Of a DNA stretch of 64,000 nt, positions 51,936-60,168 are shown piece after piece (the first letter of the stretch is position 1; each line of letters opens with the position of its first letter). The notes beneath the pieces were generated by a model that had not been told where the DNA came from, made no database searches, and saw nothing but the letters and a program-made list of their open reading frames with translations. This DNA comes from Candidatus Roizmanbacteria bacterium RIFCSPLOWO2_01_FULL_37_12 (GTDB lineage: Bacteria; Patescibacteriota; Microgenomatia; UBA1406; GWC2-37-13). The stretch is from contig MGAG01000003.1 of assembly GCA_001789645.1 (NCBI GenBank), positions 7,843-71,842 on the forward strand. The letters run 5' to 3'. Position numbers and translations under genes: made by a program.

Positions 51936-52301
51936 TTATTTTCTAAGCTTCTGTTCACACTCTACGTCATACCTTGCCTCGGGTAGCAGCTTCAGGCGAG
52001 CAATTGGAATTGCCAAACCACACCTCTCGCAAAATCCATACCTTCCTTTTCTCATCTTGTTTAAGGCTAGATTTATATCCGTCAATTTTTTTTGCAAATC
52101 CTTGATCTCTGCCTCGATTGTTTCGTGACCGACCTGTTCACGGACGTCTGTATCCACCGCGGCATTATCCGTCGCATGGTCGGGGTCCGAGAATGGATCA
52201 TTTTTTTTCAATTCCTCGATCTGTTTTTGCAGATTTTTTACTTCTGTCTCCAAAGCTTCCTGCAAATCTTTTAGTAATTTTTTTGTAAGCAATTTTACCA
52301 T
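51936..52301 (-). CDS. DksA/TraR-family C4 zinc-finger protein
   Basis: Coiled-coil N-terminus followed by CERCGLAIPIARLKLLPEARYDVEC (CxxC-N17-C..C). Confidence 0.8.
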   Translation of the reverse strand: MVKLLTKKLLKDLQEALETEVKNLQKQIEELKKNDPFSDPDHATDNAAVDTDVREQVGHETIEAEIKDLQKKLTDINLALNKMRKGRYGFCERCGLAIPIARLKLLPEARYDVECEQKLRK

Positions 52302-53076
52302 AAGCTAACAAAGAACTTCTAAAATTGATTAAAAAATAAACCGAGACTATCAAGAGTATTACCCCTGATAAAATAAAATTAAAACTGAATCCGGCTTGCC
52401 CCGATTTAAACGGGATTAAGTATAAAGGGTTTGCTTTAATTTTGTCAAATAGAATATAAATAAGGGCAAAATACCAGCAAAAGAAATAAAAAACAAAGCC
52501 CTTGCGGAACCTTTCTCTTCTGACCTCGAAGATGAGTTTGTATGAAATATATGCACCAAGACAGAAGAAAATAGCTTCGTATAAAGGAGTCAGATGTCGA
52601 AAACCATCGTAGCCGAAATACTTTAAAGCAATAGGAAATTTGGTTTTGCTGCCAATTTCTGAACCGGAAAAAAAACTCCCCAGCTTTCCAAAGGTCAAAG
52701 CGATAAATAGAGGTGTTATAAAATAGTCAGCTACGTCTCGAAAATTAATTTTTTTTAGCAAAAAAAATACGTAAAGGGAGATAAAAGCACCAATTAAAGC
52801 TCCGTAAAGAGATAAACCCGGATATCCATTGATCAGGATGAATTTTAATATATCAAATCCGAATTTTTCAAAATTTAGCGCAACATAAACTACCCGGCTG
52901 ACAAATAATCCTCCCGTAATTGATAAAAATAGACCGTCAAAGATCAAATCTTCTTTTTGCGACGTTAACCTAATGATTCTCCATAAAAGAAAACTCCCCC
53001 AAAAAAAAGCCAGAACCAGAAATATTCCGAAAGTGTAAATTTTTATGAATTTAAAGTCGAGTAAAACTGGAAGCAT
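52198..53076 (-). CDS. lgt: Prolipoprotein diacylglyceryl transferase
   Basis: N-terminal ..IKIYTFGIFLVLAFFWG, the FRHLTPLYEA motif (RHPxQLYE-like) and 7 TM segments. The C-terminal tail overlaps the dksA-like gene by 104 nt. Confidence 0.7.
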   Translation of the reverse strand: MLPVLLDFKFIKIYTFGIFLVLAFFWGSFLLWRIIRLTSQKEDLIFDGLFLSITGGLFVSRVVYVALNFEKFGFDILKFILINGYPGLSLYGALIGAFISLYVFFLLKKINFRDVADYFITPLFIALTFGKLGSFFSGSEIGSKTKFPIALKYFGYDGFRHLTPLYEAIFFCLGAYISYKLIFEVRRERFRKGFVFYFFCWYFALIYILFDKIKANPLYLIPFKSGQAGFSFNFILSGVILLIVSVYFLINFRSSLLAYGKIAYKKITKRFAGSFGDRSKKSAKTDRGIEKK

Positions 53077-53181
53077 AAAAAAATAAAAAAATAAAAAATC
53101 AAATATTAAAACTACAAATCAAAAGTAAAAACTTTTGATTTTTAAACTGTAGATTTGATCTTTGATCTTTGATATTTGATA
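53077..53181. repeat. AT-rich element: A-rich arm, central hairpin and four TTTGAT-type heptamers (53154..53181)
   Basis: AAAAAAATAAAAAAATAAAAAATCAAATATT..., then hairpin AAATCAAAAGT-aaaa-ACTTTTGATTT (53116..53141), then TTTGATC TTTGATC TTTGATA TTTGATA. Confidence 0.8.
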
Positions 53182-53207
53182 TTAAGCTAAGTATAATTTA
53201 CCAAATA

Positions 53208-53792
53208 ATGTCACTAAAAACAAAGAAAAGGGTAAATGTGAATAAAATTCTAAGGGTAGGATTCGATCTCGATGGCGTACTACTCTACAATCCTGCCAGA
53301 ATTGCCAGACCTATAATTGTTTTTTTTAAAAAAAAATTTCTTCCCAAGGAAGAAAAAAAATTTCACCTGCCTAAAAACAAACTACAGAAATTTATCTGGT
53401 GGTTATTGCATAAATCGAGCTTTAAATCAGCGGCAGGAATTCAGGAGATTTACCGATTGGTTAAAGAAAATAAAATTGAAGCATACATTGTCTCTGCGCG
53501 ATACGAATCGCTTAAAAAAGACTTTGAAAACTGGATCAATAAAATTGAGGCAAGGAAATATTTCACCGGAATTTACTATAACAACAACAACGAACAACCT
53601 CACCTTTTTAAGGAACAGGTAATAAAAAAATTAAATATTGATATCTTTGTTGAAGATAACTGGGACATTGTTAACCATCTCTCAAAAAACACCAAAGCAA
53701 AAATTTATTGGATCTATAACCTGTTGGACAGAAACATTAAATTTAAGAATAGATTTCCCAATTTGGTAAAAGCAGTTAAAAAATTGATATGA
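53208..53792 (+). CDS. HAD-superfamily hydrolase-like protein
   Basis: VGFDLDGVLL (HAD motif I DxDG) and a later ..VEDN.. motif. The listed ORF starts at TTG 53169 inside a heptamer block, so the ATG at 53208 is preferred. Confidence 0.5.
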   Translation: MSLKTKKRVNVNKILRVGFDLDGVLLYNPARIARPIIVFFKKKFLPKEEKKFHLPKNKLQKFIWWLLHKSSFKSAAGIQEIYRLVKENKIEAYIVSARYESLKKDFENWINKIEARKYFTGIYYNNNNEQPHLFKEQVIKKLNIDIFVEDNWDIVNHLSKNTKAKIYWIYNLLDRNIKFKNRFPNLVKAVKKLI

Positions 53793-54808
53793 ATATTCTG
53801 ATAACCGGTGGGGTTGGATTTATTGGAACTAATACAGTTCTCCATTTTGCTAAAAATAAAAAAAACCGGATTTATATCGTTGACGATTTTTCGCGATCCG
53901 GTGTAGAAAAAAATGCAATTTATTTAAAAAAAACCTATCCTCAAATAAAAATAATTAAATCACATATCAGAAACATTAATCAATATAAGATTTATCTTAA
54001 AAAAGCAGATGCAATAATACATCTTGCCGGACAAACAGCCGTAACAACCTCAATCCAAAAACCAGATGAGGACTTCGATACCAATCTTCTGGGAAGTTTT
54101 GCATTATTAGAAGCGATTAGAAATTATAATCCGCGTTCAATAATACTTTATTCATCAACCAATAAAGTTTATGGCGATCTAAACTCTCATCGTTTTAAAA
54201 AAAATAAAAAATTAAAAATATACGAGGAACTTTGTCACTCTGAAGGAATAAACGAGTCAGAAAAGCTCGATTTTATTTCACCATATGGTTGTTCAAAAGG
54301 AGCAACCGATCTGTATTTTCTGGATTATGCAAGAATTTTCGGTTTAAAAACCGTAGTTTTCAGACAATCATGTATCTATGGAGAATTTCAAATCGGTGTA
54401 GAGGATCAGGGATGGGTGGCTCACTTCAGCAACCAGTTCATCAGGAAAAAACCTTTGACAATATTTGGTGACGGTATGCAAGTCAGGGACCTTCTCTACA
54501 TCCAGGATCTGATAAAACTCTACGAGTTAACCATAAATAATATTAGTAAAACCAAAGGTCAGGCATTTAATATCGGCGGCGGAATAAATAATGCTTATTC
54601 CCTTCTCCAAGTAATAGACTTAATTAAAAAAATAACGGGTACAAACATTAAAACTAGTTTCAAATCCGAAAGATTAGGGGATCAAAAATATTTCGTTTCA
54701 GCTAATAAAAAGGTAAACAAAATACTCGGCTGGAAACCAACTACGGATTTTAAAGACGGACTTCGTAAATTAATTAACTGGCAATATAACCACGTCAAAC
54801 GTGGCTGA
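53789..54808 (+). CDS. NDP-sugar epimerase, CDP-paratose 2-epimerase (tyvelose epimerase)-like
   Basis: ITGGVGFIGTN, YSSTNKVYGD, SPYGCSKGATDLYFLDYARIFGL, QGWVAHF, FGDGMQVRD and AFNIGGG closely parallel remembered RfbE motifs. Confidence 0.7.
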   Translation: MNILITGGVGFIGTNTVLHFAKNKKNRIYIVDDFSRSGVEKNAIYLKKTYPQIKIIKSHIRNINQYKIYLKKADAIIHLAGQTAVTTSIQKPDEDFDTNLLGSFALLEAIRNYNPRSIILYSSTNKVYGDLNSHRFKKNKKLKIYEELCHSEGINESEKLDFISPYGCSKGATDLYFLDYARIFGLKTVVFRQSCIYGEFQIGVEDQGWVAHFSNQFIRKKPLTIFGDGMQVRDLLYIQDLIKLYELTINNISKTKGQAFNIGGGINNAYSLLQVIDLIKKITGTNIKTSFKSERLGDQKYFVSANKKVNKILGWKPTTDFKDGLRKLINWQYNHVKRG

Positions 54809-54820
54809 TGCAATATAGAA

Positions 54821-56032
54821 ATGAAAATATTATTTTTTTCTCCATATTTTTATCCTTATACTTCGGGTATTACCACCTATCCCCTGAAAATACTGTCCTA
54901 TCTTGCCAAAAAACATGAAATTAATGTCCTGACTTTTCGTCATAGCAAAAACTTATGGAGTCGGGAAAAATTTCAGGGAATAAATATTCAGAGAATGCCG
55001 TATATCTTTAAAATATCCAAAGGATTTATATCTCCCCAATCCGTATGCTTTTTCCTGAAGCAGGCAATAAAATCCGACCTGATTATTTTAAATAATCCCA
55101 ATTTCGAAGGGTTTATCCTGGCTTTGCTTGCCAAGATTTTTCGTAAAAAAATTATTGCAATTTTTCACTGTGAAGTTCTCCTGGGCGATAACATTATTGC
55201 CCGGATTATTAATTCAACTTTAAATTCATCCGTTTATTTACAGCTTTATTTAAGCGATACAATTATTGCCTATACCAAGGACTATATTGATAGTATACCT
55301 ATCGGTAAAATTTTTAATCATAAAATTAAATATACTCTCCCACCCGTAGAAAGGCTACCGATCAATAAATATAAACTTGCAGAATTTCGAAAATTAAAAG
55401 GGAATAATATCTGGATTGGTTATGCCGGAAGATTTGCTAAAGAGAAAGGCTTGGAATACTTGATTGAAGCAGTTCATAATTCAGAATTCAAAATTCAGAA
55501 ATCTTGTCTTGTATTCGCCGGACCTTACGGAAAAGAAGTGGCCGGTGAGGAAAAATATTATCTTGAAATAAAAAAAATGCTCGGCCATTATGGAATCAAG
55601 CACCATTTCTTTGGCAATTTGTCTACCGGTAATCTGGGTGCATTTTATAAATCGATTGATGTTCTGGTACTGCCATCCATAAATAAAACTGAGGCTTTTG
55701 GCATGGTCCAGGTAGAAGCCATGCTTTTAGGAATTCCAGTAATCGCATCAAATCTGCCTGGAGTTCGGATACCAATTAAACTTACCAAAATGGGTGAGAC
55801 AGTAGAACTAAAAAATATTGAACAGCTTTCAACTGCAATTATGAAAATAATAAAAAACAAAAATAAATATACAAATGAGAAAATAATATTAAAAACGCGA
55901 GTTATTTTTGATATTAATAAAACTAATTCATTTTACGAAAAATTATTTCTAAAAATAATTTGGCTTGGGATCTTATTTATTTCCGGTTATTTCAAAAATA
56001 TAAAAGGCTACAATATTACTTGGATAATATAG
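54821..56032 (+). CDS. GT4-family (GT-B fold) glycosyltransferase
   Basis: C-terminal EAFGMVQVEAMLLGIPVIASNLPG (E-x7-E region). It contains a 3x heptamer block (NSEFKIQ). Confidence 0.8.
   Translation: MKILFFSPYFYPYTSGITTYPLKILSYLAKKHEINVLTFRHSKNLWSREKFQGINIQRMPYIFKISKGFISPQSVCFFLKQAIKSDLIILNNPNFEGFILALLAKIFRKKIIAIFHCEVLLGDNIIARIINSTLNSSVYLQLYLSDTIIAYTKDYIDSIPIGKIFNHKIKYTLPPVERLPINKYKLAEFRKLKGNNIWIGYAGRFAKEKGLEYLIEAVHNSEFKIQKSCLVFAGPYGKEVAGEEKYYLEIKKMLGHYGIKHHFFGNLSTGNLGAFYKSIDVLVLPSINKTEAFGMVQVEAMLLGIPVIASNLPGVRIPIKLTKMGETVELKNIEQLSTAIMKIIKNKNKYTNEKIILKTRVIFDINKTNSFYEKLFLKIIWLGILFISGYFKNIKGYNITWII
55478..55498. repeat. Three tandem heptamers (AATTCAG AATTCAA AATTCAG) inside the GT4 gene
   Basis: Read directly from the sequence. 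21 bp = 7 codons (NSEFKIQ). Confidence 0.75.
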
Positions 56033-57529
56033 AATTTTCTTAACTTTATAATTGTATGCTTTAAATTTTGGTAACTCCTCAATTCTAGCGGCAAATAATT
56101 GTTTTCTAGAAGTATTTACTTCCTCGAAATGACCGATTTTACAATTTTGACATTCATTTTCAGGGTCATAGAATTCTAAAAAAATATCAGGTGCGTTAAA
56201 ATTACCAGTCATATAGAGATCGTCATAATTATTTTTTTCTTTGATAAAGTAACTCATTATGGATTTCGGTCCATATTGCCAACCCCAATAGTCCGAAGCA
56301 TACTTTGGGTATTTTATAAAAAAAGCAAAAAAGTAAAAATAATTCGTAAAACAAATTATTCCGAATAAAAGAACTCCAATTGAAACATGAATATATTTTT
56401 GCTTTAAATTAAAAATAAAGTTTAATAGTTGATTGAATCCGATTGCGGATAAAATCGTTAAAGGAATTAATCCAATTACAGATCTTGTTGCAAAAGGCCC
56501 AGCACTAGTTAAAGCGCTACCTAGTGGATATAACAAGAGTAGAATCAGTACTGAAAACAATTTAGGATTATCTAATTTAGAAATACCATTTAATAACCCG
56601 ATTAATAAAAGCGGTAAATAAAAAATATGCAACTGTCCAAATTCTCTAACAGAATGTCTGGAAATAAATTGGCCCTCAAATCCTGAATCACCTTTGATAA
56701 AAAGAAAATCCGGTGAAAAATGATTTAAATATGAAAAAATAGAGTTTTGAATTTTTTCATTACGAGATAAAGAATTATTAATAATATTTTTCCAACGGGA
56801 TTGCAAATTTCCAGCTTTATAACTATAAATTAATGGTAAGCAAAATAATAGAAAGGTAAATAAACTATAATATAAGAATTTATTGAATTTTCTTTTTATA
56901 ATATATAAGGTAATTAATCCTTTCAATAAAAATATCGGTGCAATAATTATTGCCGGATAATAAGTATACATTGATAATCCATAGAATAGACTTGATATGC
57001 TTAGAAGTCTTAGATTAATAAACGATTTGAGGTAAAAATAAAGACCTATACTAAATATAGCAGGAAAATAAATTGATTCTGCTCCCCATCTGCTAAAGTG
57101 AATATGCCATGGCATTATTGCCAGTAGTAGGCCGGCCAGGTAGGCAGTTCGCTTATCAGCTATTTCTAAAGTAGACAACATTGTAAACAATATACTAATA
57201 AGCCCAAATATTACAGCTGTGAGTCTCACGCTTCTTTCATTTAAACCAAAAAGAGCGATTATGGGAATATTGGCATATATAGGTATTGGCAATCTGTAGT
57301 CGCCAAATGATTTAAAAAAAATCGGGAACGGAACACCGTATTCGTCCTTGCCGGTTTTTAGGATTTTGTAAGCATTATAACCTATTGCCGCCTCGTCTGA
57401 AAAAAAACCTGGAGGATTGTTTTCCAAGTCGAAAACCCTAATTGAAAAAGCAAGAAACAAAATTATTGTTATAATAAGTAGGTTTGTTTTTCTGGTATTA
57501 TGTGATATCATACTTAAAATATACAGCAA
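55973..57529 (-). CDS. GT-C membrane glycosyltransferase (ArnT/PMT_2-like)
   Basis: NNPPGFFSDEAAIGYNAYKI N-terminal loop motif and more than 10 TM segments. Convergent 60-nt overlap with the GT4 gene. Confidence 0.65.
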   Translation of the reverse strand: MLYILSMISHNTRKTNLLIITIILFLAFSIRVFDLENNPPGFFSDEAAIGYNAYKILKTGKDEYGVPFPIFFKSFGDYRLPIPIYANIPIIALFGLNERSVRLTAVIFGLISILFTMLSTLEIADKRTAYLAGLLLAIMPWHIHFSRWGAESIYFPAIFSIGLYFYLKSFINLRLLSISSLFYGLSMYTYYPAIIIAPIFLLKGLITLYIIKRKFNKFLYYSLFTFLLFCLPLIYSYKAGNLQSRWKNIINNSLSRNEKIQNSIFSYLNHFSPDFLFIKGDSGFEGQFISRHSVREFGQLHIFYLPLLLIGLLNGISKLDNPKLFSVLILLLLYPLGSALTSAGPFATRSVIGLIPLTILSAIGFNQLLNFIFNLKQKYIHVSIGVLLFGIICFTNYFYFFAFFIKYPKYASDYWGWQYGPKSIMSYFIKEKNNYDDLYMTGNFNAPDIFLEFYDPENECQNCKIGHFEEVNTSRKQLFAARIEELPKFKAYNYKVKKILYYPSNIVAFYIFEITGNK

Positions 57530-57535
57530 ATAAGG

Positions 57536-58549
57536 ATGGAAAACGGATTATTTTTCAAAAACAAAACTATCCTGATCACTGGGGGCACAGGTTCCTGGGG
57601 CAATGAGTTAACATTATTCTTTTTAAAAAAGCAAAGCGTAAAAGAAATTAGAATTTATTCCAGAGACGAATATAAACAGGTTAAAATGAAGAGGAAGTTC
57701 CAACATAATCCGAAACTAAAATTTATAGTCGGAGATGTCAGAAATAATAAGGAATTAACTCTTTCGTGTATGGGGGTGGATTTTATCTTTCATCTCGCAG
57801 CACTAAAACACGTGCCTGTCTGTGAAGATAACGTCTGGGAAACTATTTCTACCAATATAATTGGAACGCAAAATGTTATCGAAGCCAGCATAGCAAATAG
57901 AGTAAGCAAGGTGATTTATGTTTCTACTGACAAAGCTGTGGAACCTTACAATTTGTACGGAATGACAAAGGCTTGTGGAGAAAAACTAATAACTTCGGCA
58001 AACAAATATTATCGCTCTTCTACAAAATTTATTACAATCAGAAGCGGAAACGTTTTGGGAACAAGAGGAAGTGTATTGCCGTTATTTATTGAGCAGATTA
58101 CCACAGATAATAAAGTTACCCTGACAGACGAACAGATGACTAGATATTTTATAAACAGTAAAGTAGCTATAAATCTTATAATTGAAGCAACAAAATTAGG
58201 AGTTGGTGGGGAAATTTTTGTTTTGAAAATGCCTGCAACTGATAATCTGACTCTTATAAAAACTATAATTAAAATGTTCGGTAATGAAAAAACTAAGATA
58301 ATAAAAGTAGGTCCGAGGCCTGGGGAAAAAAGAGACGAGGTCCTAATATCAAAACACGAAGTCCCCTACTCTCGAATTATAAACGATAAACTTTTCGTAA
58401 TATTAGATCAGCGTGTTAATAATAAATTTATTAATAAATATTACAGATTGAAGAGATTAAAAGATCCTGAATACACATCCAAGAATACCTTCAGGCTTGA
58501 GAGCCGACAAATTGAAAAATTGCTTATAGAGGAAGGCGTTAAAGTCTAA
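57536..58549 (+). CDS. UDP-HexNAc 4,6-dehydratase (PseB/FnlA/CapD-like)
   Basis: ILITGGTGSWGNEL, IRIYSRDEYKQ, FHLAALKHVP, STDKAV.P.NLYGMTKA. Confidence 0.8.
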   Translation: MENGLFFKNKTILITGGTGSWGNELTLFFLKKQSVKEIRIYSRDEYKQVKMKRKFQHNPKLKFIVGDVRNNKELTLSCMGVDFIFHLAALKHVPVCEDNVWETISTNIIGTQNVIEASIANRVSKVIYVSTDKAVEPYNLYGMTKACGEKLITSANKYYRSSTKFITIRSGNVLGTRGSVLPLFIEQITTDNKVTLTDEQMTRYFINSKVAINLIIEATKLGVGGEIFVLKMPATDNLTLIKTIIKMFGNEKTKIIKVGPRPGEKRDEVLISKHEVPYSRIINDKLFVILDQRVNNKFINKYYRLKRLKDPEYTSKNTFRLESRQIEKLLIEEGVKV

Positions 58550-58551
58550 AA

Positions 58552-59436
58552 ATGAAAAATATAGCTATTTCAGGTGCGACCGGAATGTTAGGTAGTATGC
58601 TGTTTAAGGTTTTCAAAGATAAATTTAATTTAATATTAATTGCAAGATCTAAACAAAAATTTGAAGCACTTTTCCAAGCCTACGGCAAAAGTAGATATTC
58701 AAAAATCGTACTATTTGATTTTTTTAATATCTATGGAGATTTCATTAAAAAATCTGCAAATTCTACCCATCCTAATTTCCTAAGATTAGTTAAAAAAATC
58801 GGAAAGATTGACGCATTTATAAATTGCGCGGGCATTATTAATCGTTTTTCAAATCAAGATCCTGTTAGAACATTTTTTATAAATAGTGCTCTACCTCATT
58901 TGTTGAGTAATTTTTATAAAGAAAAATTAATTCATATAACCACTGACTGTGTATTTAGCGGTAAGCAGAATAAGCCATATACTGAGTTATCAGTTCATGA
59001 TCCAACAGATCTTTACGGCTTGTCAAAAAGTCTGGGAGAACCTTCAGCTAAATCTCTAGTCTTAAGAAGTTCGTTTGTTGGTCCTGAAATTTCAGGATTT
59101 GTATCACTTTTTGAGTGGTATAAAAGGGGTAAACAGGATACTTTGGGATTTACCAATCATTTATGGAACGGCATAACTACCAAGCAATTTGCTCGAATAT
59201 GCATAAAATTAATAAACAATAGATATAATTTTCCTTTCAAAGGACTTTTTCATATTTATTCAAATACCGTCACAAAATACCAAATGCTTTTAGCATTTAA
59301 GAAAATTCTTAACAAAAAAACAAAAGTAATTCCTACAAAGGTTGACTCTATTGACAGGAGATTATCAAGTTGTTATAAATTATCTAACCAACTCGATATA
59401 CCTAAGTTTGAGCAAATGCTTTCTGACTTCTATTAA
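58552..59436 (+). CDS. RmlD/FnlB-like NAD(P)-dependent sugar reductase
   Basis: ISGATGMLGS Rossmann start, TTDCVF and YGLSKSLGE (YxxxK). Confidence 0.55.
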   Translation: MKNIAISGATGMLGSMLFKVFKDKFNLILIARSKQKFEALFQAYGKSRYSKIVLFDFFNIYGDFIKKSANSTHPNFLRLVKKIGKIDAFINCAGIINRFSNQDPVRTFFINSALPHLLSNFYKEKLIHITTDCVFSGKQNKPYTELSVHDPTDLYGLSKSLGEPSAKSLVLRSSFVGPEISGFVSLFEWYKRGKQDTLGFTNHLWNGITTKQFARICIKLINNRYNFPFKGLFHIYSNTVTKYQMLLAFKKILNKKTKVIPTKVDSIDRRLSSCYKLSNQLDIPKFEQMLSDFY

Positions 59437-59437
59437 A

Positions 59438-60157
59438 ATGTCTAAAGAAAAAATAATTGCAATAATTCCTTGCTTTAATAATGCAAATACAATAAAAGCG
59501 GTTTGTAAGAGTATTTCTAAAAAATATGTCAATGAAATAATAGTAATTGATGATGGAAGTACCGACCAAACTCTCTCTGTACTTAAAAAAATCGGTGTAT
59601 CTTACATTTCTCATAAAAGAAATTTAGGTTATGGTGCTAGCCAGAAATCAGGTTATAAGGTAGCGTTAAAAAAGGGCGCTGATTTAATTATTATGCTTCA
59701 CTCTGATGGTCAACACGACCCTAAATATATTCCCTTATTAATTAAGACTCTAAAAGAAAAAAAATTGGATATTGTTATGGGTAGTAGAATAAAAAGCATT
59801 TCCTATGCTTTAAAAAACAAAATGCCGCTATATAAAATTATTTTTAATAAAATACTTACTCAAATTACCAATATTATTCTTGGGTTGCAATTAACCGAAT
59901 ATCATACAGGATATAGAGTTTTTAAAAGGAAAGTGCTTGAAAATCAGAATATTAATAAACTATCTGATGAATTTATTTTCGATCAGGAAATATTACTTTC
60001 CGCACATCTTCATAACTATAGAATTGGTGACGTACTCACTTCCTGCATATATAATGCAGACTCCAACTCGATTAATTTTAGAAAATCATTGCGTTATGGA
60101 TTTGCGGTTGTAGGAAGTTTGCTTCGTTATGTTTTTAATAAAAATTATTATTTTTAG
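59438..60157 (+). CDS. GT2 glycosyltransferase
   Basis: IIAIIPCFNNANTI, VIDDGSTD and LHSDGQHD. The start is taken at MSKEK (59438); the listed ORF 59342 overlaps the upstream gene. Confidence 0.8.
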   Translation: MSKEKIIAIIPCFNNANTIKAVCKSISKKYVNEIIVIDDGSTDQTLSVLKKIGVSYISHKRNLGYGASQKSGYKVALKKGADLIIMLHSDGQHDPKYIPLLIKTLKEKKLDIVMGSRIKSISYALKNKMPLYKIIFNKILTQITNIILGLQLTEYHTGYRVFKRKVLENQNINKLSDEFIFDQEILLSAHLHNYRIGDVLTSCIYNADSNSINFRKSLRYGFAVVGSLLRYVFNKNYYF

Positions 60158-60168
60158 TGAATAAATTC

